Program-made: the position numbers and the translations under genes
Assembly (NCBI GenBank): GCA_028715965.1
Contig: JAQUQS010000007.1
Coordinates: 17,644 to 81,643, forward strand
From: Candidatus Omnitrophota bacterium
GTDB taxonomy: Bacteria > Omnitrophota > Gorgyraeia > Tantalellales > Tantalellaceae
DNA length: 64,000 bases
Direction of reading: 5' to 3'
Notes under the pieces: model-generated
The model's database searches: none
What the model saw: the letters and a program-made list of their open reading frames with translations, nothing else
Told to the model about the DNA's origin: nothing
Shown here: in pieces, positions 26,520 to 35,513 of the stretch
Position numbering within the stretch: the first letter of the stretch is position 1
Layout: each line of letters begins with the position of its first letter

Positions 26520-28181
26520 TTACATACTCCGCAGGGAGTCCACCTTGGGAAGTGGCCATTGTGCCCTTGATGGCTCCTCAGGATATACATCCCAGGTATA
26601 AAGACAACAACCGCCCTTATAACTCTGCGCCAGAGTCACTGCCATCTCGAGAGCATCAGGACCATCATCGTGTCTTCCCTTCGGGTATTGCTTCAACTGC
26701 TCTAGTAGGGTTATATGCCGCCTCGAAAACTGCAGGGTTCCGCTCTTTATAAGCGGCTGGAGGGCTTCTATACGCTCATATTTATGGCTAGTGTGGTTGA
26801 CCCCTTCTATGCCTAGCCGTTGTTCATTAGCCTCGATCCGCTCTCGGAGATCGTCCAACATAAGAGCTTGAAACTGATTGCTCTCCACTCTAAATTTTTT
26901 ATACCCTCGCAAGTCATGATACTTAACAATAACACCTATGGTTTTATCCGGATGTAGCCTGTCAATGTGCGCATCCAGTACATACATCTTCTTGGTCTTC
27001 ATATCCTTGGCCACGGTAATGATCGCCGAAAAGTCCCCCTTGCGTTTACTGGTCCCCAGGCTTGGGTCACATGCACCGAAAAACAACGCATCTCCCTGGA
27101 ATGAGGCCAAGAGCTCCTCCTCGTTTTCAAATTTATCATCCCAGAAATGTATATCATCCAGATTAAAAATACAGTCCTTAGGATTGACGGGCTCATTTTG
27201 CATCTCGGCATCAAAGCTGACATGTCCCTCCTGCTCACGCATAACCATGAGCTCATAATATGATCTTCTCTCCGGCCACAGTACCTCCGTGCCCTTAAGC
27301 ATTTTTGATTTATAACGTTCAAAATATTGTTTGGCGGCTTCGGGGCCATATTCCCCTTTATACGACTCCCTGTTGTTGTAAATATGTGTCCATCTCTCCC
27401 ATCTTTTAGGACCGTCTGACCACTTAACAACAGCTCTATATACCTGTTTCCTCCATCCCGGATAAGCATCCTGGCTCGTAAACTGGGAAAGTAACGAATG
27501 ATAGTGATGTATGGTTCCTATTAGAACTATATTGGTCTCAGCGCTGCCCGCCTTAAAGACCGCGTTGGTCAAGGCACTCTGCAGCTTATCCATCACTTCG
27601 GGGTTAAGACAGGTGTCGTTATTTTCAACATCATCGGCAATAATAAGACTAGGTCTTATTTCCCGATTCCTTAATCCCCTAACCTGCTGACTTGCCCCTA
27701 AAGCCAGGATTTTAATGCCATTTTTCGTTATGATCTCCTTTCTCTGCCATTTAGCCGGAGTCGGCACTTTCCAATTTTCGCACACCTCAGGAAAATCCTC
27801 TAGCAGCCTCTCATTGTTCTCAATTTCACTTTTGATATTCTCGAGAAATGTCGCGGCCTGCTCCGAGGTGTTTGATACAATGAGAATAAATTTCTCGAGA
27901 TCATAACACACACAGTAAATAACATACTGAAGCGTTAATATGGTACTCTTGGCGCTTTCCCGGGGAGCAGCGATGGCCAGCTTAGACCCTCTATTGTCTT
28001 TGAGCTTTTGAAGATCCGCTGTAAACTCTGTCTGGAATGGACCATCTTTCAACTTGTTGTAATGTGAAAAATAATAGCTCCTAAAATCGGCAAAGTTTGT
28101 AAATTTCTCCCGCCTTTTCTTTATAAGTTCCGCCTGCATTAAAATTGTTATCTTATTTTTATTTATCTTTTTCATCTTCAT
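26520..28181 (-). CDS. Phage terminase large subunit (ATPase + nuclease)
   Basis: 553 aa with a Walker A-like APRESAKST motif and a C-terminal RNase H-like nuclease region. It overlaps the upstream small-subunit gene. Confidence 0.75.
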   Translation of the reverse strand: MKMKKINKNKITILMQAELIKKRREKFTNFADFRSYYFSHYNKLKDGPFQTEFTADLQKLKDNRGSKLAIAAPRESAKSTILTLQYVIYCVCYDLEKFILIVSNTSEQAATFLENIKSEIENNERLLEDFPEVCENWKVPTPAKWQRKEIITKNGIKILALGASQQVRGLRNREIRPSLIIADDVENNDTCLNPEVMDKLQSALTNAVFKAGSAETNIVLIGTIHHYHSLLSQFTSQDAYPGWRKQVYRAVVKWSDGPKRWERWTHIYNNRESYKGEYGPEAAKQYFERYKSKMLKGTEVLWPERRSYYELMVMREQEGHVSFDAEMQNEPVNPKDCIFNLDDIHFWDDKFENEEELLASFQGDALFFGACDPSLGTSKRKGDFSAIITVAKDMKTKKMYVLDAHIDRLHPDKTIGVIVKYHDLRGYKKFRVESNQFQALMLDDLRERIEANEQRLGIEGVNHTSHKYERIEALQPLIKSGTLQFSRRHITLLEQLKQYPKGRHDDGPDALEMAVTLAQSYKGGCCLYTWDVYPEEPSRAQWPLPKVDSLRSM

Positions 28182-28782
28182 CCTCCTTCATTAATATAGT
28201 TAACCCTTCTTTGATATCTGCCAGCTCTTCCTTCTCATCATCGCTCATGTAACTGCTAAGCTCTTCCATTTGCTTTTGTATAGATGCTATCTCCTCTTTG
28301 AGGCCATTAGTAGCATCCCCATGGTGATATATATCCCCCACCACTTTCTGTGGTGCCATGGGCATGTACCCAAGGGTTTGAAGCTTGGCGATGGTATCAA
28401 GTTCAAGGCGAGACGCATAATATATAGCTTGGGCTCTTTCACTTACAGAGGCTCCCTGTTGACGAGACAGTTTTATAAGATATTGAACATGTGACCTGGT
28501 ATTTTTAAGGAGTTCTCCAACCAACTGACATGCCAACTCCATATTGGGCACAATGGCGTTTTTTTGCCTGATCTCGTCCAAATCTCGCTTGATAGTTTTT
28601 TCACTTCTTCCAAGCAGTTTTGCCATTTGACTGTTTGAATATCCCTCGAGCTGCAGCGCCTCAACACACTCTTGCCGTTCTTCCTTAGACAAGGTAGCGG
28701 GGTTTATTTTGCCATCATGGATGTTTTGTATAATCCTCATAACAGGCTGTTCCTGTTTTTTCTGCGGTTTTTCTTTAGGCAT
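28159..28782 (-). CDS. Terminase small subunit-like HTH DNA-binding protein
   Basis: HTH at SNSQMAKLLGRSEKTIKRDL. It sits immediately upstream of the terminase large subunit. The start was set at MPKEKPQ with a G-rich Shine-Dalgarno. Confidence 0.55.
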   Translation of the reverse strand: MPKEKPQKKQEQPVMRIIQNIHDGKINPATLSKEERQECVEALQLEGYSNSQMAKLLGRSEKTIKRDLDEIRQKNAIVPNMELACQLVGELLKNTRSHVQYLIKLSRQQGASVSERAQAIYYASRLELDTIAKLQTLGYMPMAPQKVVGDIYHHGDATNGLKEEIASIQKQMEELSSYMSDDEKEELADIKEGLTILMKEDEDEKDK

Positions 28783-30037
28783 CTTCACCACCCCCTGAAT
28801 AGCGATCATACAGATCTTTAGCCACACTATCTGCCCCTGCATAGGCGATATATCGCCTAACTATGGCATCACAATATCGCGGGTCTATTTCAACTCCATA
28901 ACAGCGTCTTCCAAGAGACTCTGCCGCGATTAAAGTTGATCCGGATCCAAGAAATATATCCAAAACGATATCACCTCTGACGGAACTATTCTTGATGGCT
29001 CTCTGGGCAAGAGCGACAGGCTTCTGCGTGGGATGGATGTATGATTTTGTCAAATCGCGCTTTATCTGCCATACAGTTGACTCGTTAGCGGAGCCGAACC
29101 ATTTATGCGGACCGTTGCCTTCAAGCCAACCATAAAGGCAGAACTCGCTCTGCTGATTGTAGTCGCTATATCCGAGGGCAAAACTTTCCTTGACCCAGGT
29201 GATAACACAGGCTATATGGCATCCGACCCCTTGCAAGACCTTATGCATTAGACCGAACTGCTTATATCCATTCCACACATAAAAGGCGGCTCCTTCCGCC
29301 AGAGGCTTAATAGCTTCAGAAAATACACCCTTGAACCATTCATCATAGACTTCCTGATTCATAGCGTCAGCTTCTATCGGCTTCCATCTTCTTTCCCGTT
29401 TTGTTTTTGTGGGACGCAGGGTATCATCATAACCAACGTTGTATGGAGGATCAGTATGTAGCATTTCTGCGGCGGCACCATTAAGCAGCTTCTGATAAGT
29501 CCCGGGAACCAAAGCATCAGCGCAAATAAGCCTATGCTTCCCCAATTCCAAAATATCACCTGGCTTAGTGATGGGCTTTTTCTCTTCATCCATAAAGCTA
29601 TCAATGTCAGGATCTTCTTCTCCTGAGATGTTGAACTTGTCATAGAGCTGGCTGATCTCCGGCAAATCGAATCCTGTCAGGCTAATATCAATATCCGGTG
29701 TCTCCTCTATCTCCTTGAGAAGACTCGCCAACATTTCTTCATCCCATTTTCCAGTGATCTTATTAAGGGCTAGGTTAAGGGTCTTTTCTTTTTCTAAAGG
29801 AAGATCGACAACAACTACTTCTACAGATTCTACCCCCATCGCGATAAGAACCTTTAACCGTTGATGCCCTCCTATAATGTTTCCTGTTCGTTTATTCCAG
29901 ACAATGAGCTCCACACAACCAAACTCAGTTATACTGCGCTTGAGCTTTTCGTATTCCGGGTCTCCCGGCTTGAGGTCTTTGCGTGGGTTGTATCCGGCAG
30001 GCTTGAGCTTTTTGATCGGCACTTTTTGTATCTTCAT
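28775..30037 (-). CDS. ParB-like nuclease domain fused to DNA N6A/N4C methyltransferase
   Basis: N-terminal ParB/Srx fold with GGHQR. DPPY (motif IV) and C-terminal FLGSGST (motif I) indicate a beta-class amino methyltransferase. Confidence 0.8.
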   Translation of the reverse strand: MKIQKVPIKKLKPAGYNPRKDLKPGDPEYEKLKRSITEFGCVELIVWNKRTGNIIGGHQRLKVLIAMGVESVEVVVVDLPLEKEKTLNLALNKITGKWDEEMLASLLKEIEETPDIDISLTGFDLPEISQLYDKFNISGEEDPDIDSFMDEEKKPITKPGDILELGKHRLICADALVPGTYQKLLNGAAAEMLHTDPPYNVGYDDTLRPTKTKRERRWKPIEADAMNQEVYDEWFKGVFSEAIKPLAEGAAFYVWNGYKQFGLMHKVLQGVGCHIACVITWVKESFALGYSDYNQQSEFCLYGWLEGNGPHKWFGSANESTVWQIKRDLTKSYIHPTQKPVALAQRAIKNSSVRGDIVLDIFLGSGSTLIAAESLGRRCYGVEIDPRYCDAIVRRYIAYAGADSVAKDLYDRYSGGGEDA

Positions 30038-30059
30038 GTTTCCCTCCTTTTGTTTCAGT

Positions 30060-30170
30060 TGAAATAAAAAAAGAGGAAACCTGAAAGCTTCCGCTTTTGG
30101 TCTCCTCCCGAAACAAAAAGAGAGAAAACTGAAAACTTCTCGCTTTCAAATTTCCTCTCCAACAATTTGC
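30060..30170. repeat. Tandem ~22-bp direct repeats in intergenic region
   Basis: ggaaacctgaaagcttccgctttt and gaaaactgaaaacttctcgctttc, each preceded by ctcccgaaacaaaaagag-like sequence. Confidence 0.6.
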
Positions 30171-30251
30171 CCCTCCGGTTTTCTCCCCAGAGGATTGCAG
30201 AGTAAACTAACAATATATAGTATACCTAATTAACCGTATTTAATCAATCTG

Positions 30252-30902
30252 CTATTTTACAGTTACCTGTCCTTTATTATAAGATCCTATATATCCTTCC
30301 TCCAGCGCTCCCGGATGTTGGCTTGAGTATGCTGCAGAATTGTCCGCCTTATATGCTTCCTTAGTAGCATAGAAGCTTGCCTGTAAGAATCCATGTTTTT
30401 TACTTATTTTCCTTATAATATCTTCTGCCTTAGCCTTATCGTCCTTAATATATCCTGGGATCAATACTTCCCCCATCTTATCCTGAAGCAATCTGCCATT
30501 GACCATTAATGGGTATACGCCTAAAACCTCATGGGCAGGTAGCCCGCTATCTCCACTTACCTTAGCTTTCTTTGCTTGTGGGCTACCCTGATTCATGCGG
30601 CTAAAGATCTTAGTTCTGGACCCATCTTTTTCATGCCGATAAACTGCCTCAATATCGTGCCCCTTTAGTAGGAATAGGTATGTGGCCTTGCTTGTAGCTA
30701 TCTCCTGCCTCTTTCCCATAGCCCAGTCAGGCATAGCAGTTGCACTGAAAGGTGTGCCCAGATCTTGGTGGTTCTGAAGGAACCGTATAATAACCGGATT
30801 AATGGGTTCTTCCTCTGCCAGAAGTGTATTCGCGCAAAGAATGCCCCAAAATAACGCTATAATTAACAAAAATAATGGTCTTCTCTTCATTTTTCCTCCC
30901 AT
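30252..30902 (-). CDS. Secreted hypothetical protein (signal peptide)
   Basis: MKRRPLFLLIIALFWGILCANTLLA signal peptide. No recognisable domain. Confidence 0.5.
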   Translation of the reverse strand: MGGKMKRRPLFLLIIALFWGILCANTLLAEEEPINPVIIRFLQNHQDLGTPFSATAMPDWAMGKRQEIATSKATYLFLLKGHDIEAVYRHEKDGSRTKIFSRMNQGSPQAKKAKVSGDSGLPAHEVLGVYPLMVNGRLLQDKMGEVLIPGYIKDDKAKAEDIIRKISKKHGFLQASFYATKEAYKADNSAAYSSQHPGALEEGYIGSYNKGQVTVK

Positions 30903-30967
30903 TTAAGCATAATTTTGTAGACTATCATCTGTAGTGTTATCGTCTACATTATGCGATTATAGCTCTC

Positions 30968-31210
30968 ATGGGAAGGGATATCAAGTCATATAAGTTCAGG
31001 AAAGCATTTGGAATAGCCGTGCGTAAACACAGGCACAAAATGAACTTATCTCAAGAGGATTTTGCTGATAAGGCAAATATACATAGAACCTATGTTAGCT
31101 CTATAGAACTAGGTAAGGTCGACGTAGGCATCGGTGTGGCCTATAAGATGGCGGGGGCCTTGAATATAACTTTTAGCAAACTCGCCAAAGAAGCTGAGAA
31201 GAATTTGTAA
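30968..31210 (+). CDS. HTH XRE-family transcriptional regulator
   Basis: LSQEDFADKANIHRTYVSSIELGK helix-turn-helix. Confidence 0.7.
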   Translation: MGRDIKSYKFRKAFGIAVRKHRHKMNLSQEDFADKANIHRTYVSSIELGKVDVGIGVAYKMAGALNITFSKLAKEAEKNL

Positions 31211-31230
31211 CAAAATTCTTTTCCTTAATC

Positions 31231-32148
31231 TTATATTTCTTCATCTCCGAATGTGACATATGGATCTCCTATTACATCCAACTGGGTAAATCTTTCCTTG
31301 ACATTATCAACCTTATCTTCATAGCTAGCTTCTAACTCATCAAAATGTTCCATTTTAATCTGATCATTTTGAAAAGCAGTTATATATTCCTGATTCATAC
31401 CCGGATCAAATTTTAAAGGTTTTATACCCTTTATTAATCCTATGACCCCTTTATCCGTTTCGTTATTGATAAAATATATTAATAATTCCTTCCACAATAA
31501 CTTTTCTTTAGAAAAATCATATTCTTTTCTCATAAATATCTTAAACGCCTTTGAATTATATCTTACTTCATAAGTATAAAGATTTTTTGCTCTAGATTCG
31601 CTATAAATTATCTGATATAAGGCTTCCACTATCCTGCCAATAATCTTACCAATAAATTTTTTATATCTTTTGTCATTCGTTCGAATTTCCTCTTCAATAT
31701 TTAAATATTTACGAAGAAAATCAAGCAATGCAGTTTTCTCTTTGGAAATATTCTGTATCTTATTCAAACAATATCTATCGTATCTGATTGTTTTATAAAA
31801 ATTAGTTGTCATTTGCAGAAACGCATTATGAATATTTTCTAATTTCAAAGATTTTATTTTTTCCAACCTTTGCAACAGCTCTAAATGGCTATGTGTTATT
31901 AATCCTTTTTCGAATAATTCTTGTTCAAGATCATCATTGTATTCAAGTAAAATTATTGCTATTTTTTGCAGTCTTTCTACTCCACAAGAAATATTATATA
32001 AAAAATCAAAAATTGCTCCTTCAGCTTCGAAATCCTTAATTTCATCAAAAGCTTTTAAGCCGTTATATATAAAATTGCCCGCAATATCTAGCTCAATGCC
32101 TAAACTAAAATTTTGCCAAAATTCTTCTTTTGTCATTGATTTATTCAT
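31231..32148 (-). CDS. Hypothetical protein (305 aa), last gene of the hsd-linked array
   Basis: Lies 15 bp downstream of the Cas4-like nuclease gene. No confident domain; possibly Abi-like. Confidence 0.45.
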   Translation of the reverse strand: MNKSMTKEEFWQNFSLGIELDIAGNFIYNGLKAFDEIKDFEAEGAIFDFLYNISCGVERLQKIAIILLEYNDDLEQELFEKGLITHSHLELLQRLEKIKSLKLENIHNAFLQMTTNFYKTIRYDRYCLNKIQNISKEKTALLDFLRKYLNIEEEIRTNDKRYKKFIGKIIGRIVEALYQIIYSESRAKNLYTYEVRYNSKAFKIFMRKEYDFSKEKLLWKELLIYFINNETDKGVIGLIKGIKPLKFDPGMNQEYITAFQNDQIKMEHFDELEASYEDKVDNVKERFTQLDVIGDPYVTFGDEEI

Positions 32149-32163
32149 AATAATCCTTTTTCA

Positions 32164-33660
32164 CTATTTACTCATTCGTTCCAGTTCTTGTTTTATAACC
32201 ATCGACGCCTTGCAGTCATCCTCATTATATTCAAGTATCCTATTCAGGATACTTTCATCTTTCGTTTCACAATATTCGTTATACCACTTGATTGATAACG
32301 CCCCGGATGGGGTTTCGTCCCGCCACTTGAAACCAAGATATGTAGCGATTTCTTTTAATGAATAACTCGGTAATGGCCAGTCTGTTTTACTGTAAATGGC
32401 CTCATAATATAAATCTATAATATGAGGCTGATTGAAATATGTTTCCACTTCTTCCGGAGTTACTATGTCCGGATAAAGACCAGCTAAAGCTTTATATGTA
32501 GTTTTCTCGTGACTAGAATAGTAATAAACAGCATGAGATTTATCTTCAAAGGACTTCAGATAATCCCATAGTTCTTTAAAGGCTTGTTTCTCTCCTACTT
32601 CATCTGTACTTTTTGCAACAAATGCAACAAACCTTTCTTTGTCTCCAATCTTCTCGTAAATACCATGCAGATAAACTATACCCCTCATTGGATCATCTTC
32701 TATATCAAGATATAGCTCAGCATCAACTTCAGGAAAAGATATCGGCTCATAGAAAACAGGTTTCTGTTCATTATTTAAGACCTGTGCTCTTTTGTGAATC
32801 TGGGTTAATGTCTTATCACCAAGCTGCATGCCTTTGAGCTTATCTTTTTCTAGTTTCTTGGTGGTAAGAATGGTTTCTAGATCTATCTCTGACATTTGCT
32901 TAGTCGTCATAATTCCAAATACATCATTTAATGCATCGCGTTTACTTCGCCCCAAATAAAATAACTTTGTAAGGTCATCTTTTCCATAGCACCACTTTTT
33001 ACAACTCGTATACCATATACACATCTTGCATACAGATCCTAACGCTGGTATATTTTGAACCTCGTCAGCAATTAACTTTCTTGTCTCTGCCTTTATTTCT
33101 TCATAATATTGCCAATAAGTCCTCAAGTCCTTTTTCCCCATAGGCAGGTCTAAATCATACTCTACCTCTTCTCCATGACCATCTATTATGATTCCTTTAT
33201 TTTTAGAAGCATATCCAAGCTTTTGCAGAATATCAACATATAGACATAATTGAACTGCATAATGTTTCTTTAGTTTTTCTTCTCCATTTTCTGAAAAATC
33301 GCCATAGCCCCTACCTGATTTGATATCAATTGGTATATATTTGTCCCCGTCCTTTTTTAGTAGATCAGGTATACCCATCATATCCTCATATTCGATTACA
33401 CCCTGATATATGAGCTCGGCGCCTTCATCCATTGCTTTTTTTGTTTTTTCAATCCTTTCCTCAAAGGTTCCGCCTGAAATATCTGTATATTTACCAATAG
33501 ATTCAATTATTTCTTTCTCATGCAGAACCCCTCTATCCCAGATAAGCTGCAAGAAGGCATTTTCCTCATCTTGCTTCTCATTCTGAGGTCCATAAATATC
33601 CCGCCACACCCTGTGCGGACATTGGATATAGTTATACAATTTAGAGGCTGTTATGGTCAT
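32164..33660 (-). CDS. RecB/Cas4-family PD-(D/E)xK nuclease with 4-Cys cluster and C-terminal RNase H-like domain (TM0106-like)
   Basis: N-terminal YNYIQCPHRVWRD, IPDLL...IDIKSG, QLCLY and CKMCIWYTSCKKWC match the Cas4-like nuclease pattern. C-terminal YLDIEDD...YYYSSHE...NEDDC matches a DEDD-like exonuclease pattern. The start forms an ATGA overlap with the upstream OLD-family gene. Confidence 0.65.
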   Translation of the reverse strand: MTITASKLYNYIQCPHRVWRDIYGPQNEKQDEENAFLQLIWDRGVLHEKEIIESIGKYTDISGGTFEERIEKTKKAMDEGAELIYQGVIEYEDMMGIPDLLKKDGDKYIPIDIKSGRGYGDFSENGEEKLKKHYAVQLCLYVDILQKLGYASKNKGIIIDGHGEEVEYDLDLPMGKKDLRTYWQYYEEIKAETRKLIADEVQNIPALGSVCKMCIWYTSCKKWCYGKDDLTKLFYLGRSKRDALNDVFGIMTTKQMSEIDLETILTTKKLEKDKLKGMQLGDKTLTQIHKRAQVLNNEQKPVFYEPISFPEVDAELYLDIEDDPMRGIVYLHGIYEKIGDKERFVAFVAKSTDEVGEKQAFKELWDYLKSFEDKSHAVYYYSSHEKTTYKALAGLYPDIVTPEEVETYFNQPHIIDLYYEAIYSKTDWPLPSYSLKEIATYLGFKWRDETPSGALSIKWYNEYCETKDESILNRILEYNEDDCKASMVIKQELERMSK

Positions 33661-35513
33661 TTTTCTTTAACAATATGCTCAATAATTGCTTCTATCTCAC
33701 CATCTGAGACTTCTTTCCATTCATCGGGAGACATCTCATTATAAACATCCTTATTCCCTTTTATCTTTATATTCTTTTTAGTCTCTTTGTTGATTTTCTT
33801 TAGATGATTTATTACGTCTTTGTTGTTTGGAAATATATCCTGTTCAATGTCTTGATCAGACAAACCATAAGCTCTTCTGATAGCTTTAGGATGATAGTAA
33901 TTTTCAATACACTGTTTTTTAAGAATGCAGCATTTAGCGTTTTTATTCTTTTCAAATTCAGTTTTCAAAGCTTCGTTATTTTTGATCAACTTCACTAGTG
34001 ACTTTTGTTTGTCTTCCGAACACTCAGATTCATCAAAAACATTACCATCTAACAACAAAACTAATGCCCTTCTTGACTTTGAAAAGTAATGAATATCTAT
34101 AAAATTGGCTAAAGTATTCCCTCCACCAAAGAGAAACAAATATTTGTTTCTCTTTTCGTCATCGTCAAAATCAATACCTTTCAACTTTTGAGCAGCTATT
34201 TTTAAAAAATCGATATCATCTTTTCCTTCCACGAAAATGATTTTTTCAAAGCTATCTCTAAGATTATAGGATGGTTTGATCCCCAGTTCTTCAATTATCT
34301 CCTCTACTAAATCAACACCCTGTTCATAAATAGACTGAATGTTATGTCTGCATAAAATAATATTTGTTTTTTTAGTGGTTCCAGCGAAAACTGGAGAATG
34401 CGTTGTAACCAGAATTTGATTATTGCTTGAAATCTCTGATAAAGAATCTAATAAATCAACCTGTGCTGAGGGATGCAAAAATGTTTCTGGCTCTTCTATT
34501 GCATAAATAACATCTTCACTTTTCTTTTTCTCTGCCAAATACCGAAAACGTCCAACCATAAACAATCTTCGATACCCTGCCCCTTTATTTTCCATCGGCA
34601 AAGCCTCTTTGTCTTTGCTAAATTTCAACTTAACAGTTACATCCTTGATAGCATCAACCCAGTTAAATTGTGGTTCGATTTCAACTTTTTCCAAATCTGA
34701 CACATGCATCTTCATATACTTTTCTATCTCTCTAGCCTCTGTTTGCATCCTCTCAGCAACATCTTTTTCAATTCTTAGCAATTTTGATTCTTCATGATGC
34801 TGCTCTTCACGAAAATATTCTATAGTTTCTGCTTTCATGCTTGTATTAAATTTTGTGTCTGTGCTTATCGCATGATCTGATGGAAAAAACTCCATCTGAG
34901 GCAATACTCCATCAATTTTTGGATCTTCTTTCCATATAACACATTTATTATGACCATTGCTATCTAGGTATTCTTTTATATACTTAATCTTTTCAAGCTT
35001 TGAATTCCTACCCGGCACATCTGCTGGCACACTTATCTTCAGCTGTTTTATTATTCTATCTATGTCTTTATCTGCCTTATCGCTTAATTGTTGATATGCT
35101 TCCTCTTCATAATCTACAACACAAACTTCACTCCGCGTTGGTTTTTTGTCTGGTTTTTCCCAGGTTTTTCTTACAACTAGGTGTTCTCCTTCCTGCAAAA
35201 TAGAAAACACTTCTTCTTCTATCCCAATATCCTTCTTCCGTGTATCCTTCAAATACTCTGCCATCTTTGCCCTCATATCTTCATCTGAAAATGTGCAGAC
35301 CATCTGGATGGGCTCTTCTGCTTTCCTATTTATATTAAAGTCCTTTTCACAAACAGGATAACTTTTATTATCTAAAAATGAGGCTATTGCATTCAATACT
35401 ATAGATTTTCCACTATCATTTTTCCCAACAATCGTTGTAAGATCTGAAAGCATAACCTCCTGGTCTTTAAATATTCCTCGGAAATTTTTTATTTTAATCT
35501 TTGTCAATCTCAT
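33657..35513 (-). CDS. OLD-family ATP-dependent nuclease (ABC-type ATPase + C-terminal TOPRIM)
   Basis: Walker A IVGKNDSGKS, Walker B/D-loop IYAIEEPETFLHPS, and H-loop TTHSP. C-terminal IIFVEGKDDIDFL...LLLDGNVFDE matches the TOPRIM E and DxD pattern. 618 aa, similar in size to P2 Old. Confidence 0.7.
   Translation of the reverse strand: MRLTKIKIKNFRGIFKDQEVMLSDLTTIVGKNDSGKSIVLNAIASFLDNKSYPVCEKDFNINRKAEEPIQMVCTFSDEDMRAKMAEYLKDTRKKDIGIEEEVFSILQEGEHLVVRKTWEKPDKKPTRSEVCVVDYEEEAYQQLSDKADKDIDRIIKQLKISVPADVPGRNSKLEKIKYIKEYLDSNGHNKCVIWKEDPKIDGVLPQMEFFPSDHAISTDTKFNTSMKAETIEYFREEQHHEESKLLRIEKDVAERMQTEAREIEKYMKMHVSDLEKVEIEPQFNWVDAIKDVTVKLKFSKDKEALPMENKGAGYRRLFMVGRFRYLAEKKKSEDVIYAIEEPETFLHPSAQVDLLDSLSEISSNNQILVTTHSPVFAGTTKKTNIILCRHNIQSIYEQGVDLVEEIIEELGIKPSYNLRDSFEKIIFVEGKDDIDFLKIAAQKLKGIDFDDDEKRNKYLFLFGGGNTLANFIDIHYFSKSRRALVLLLDGNVFDESECSEDKQKSLVKLIKNNEALKTEFEKNKNAKCCILKKQCIENYYHPKAIRRAYGLSDQDIEQDIFPNNKDVINHLKKINKETKKNIKIKGNKDVYNEMSPDEWKEVSDGEIEAIIEHIVKEK

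Noticed and set aside
33657-35513. Calling the OLD-family protein Gabija GajA
   Set aside because: The adjacent gene has no Walker A or helicase motifs. It is a Cas4-like nuclease, so the pair does not match the GajA/GajB (UvrD helicase) definition. PARIS, as a fused AriA-AriB, cannot be excluded without HMMs.
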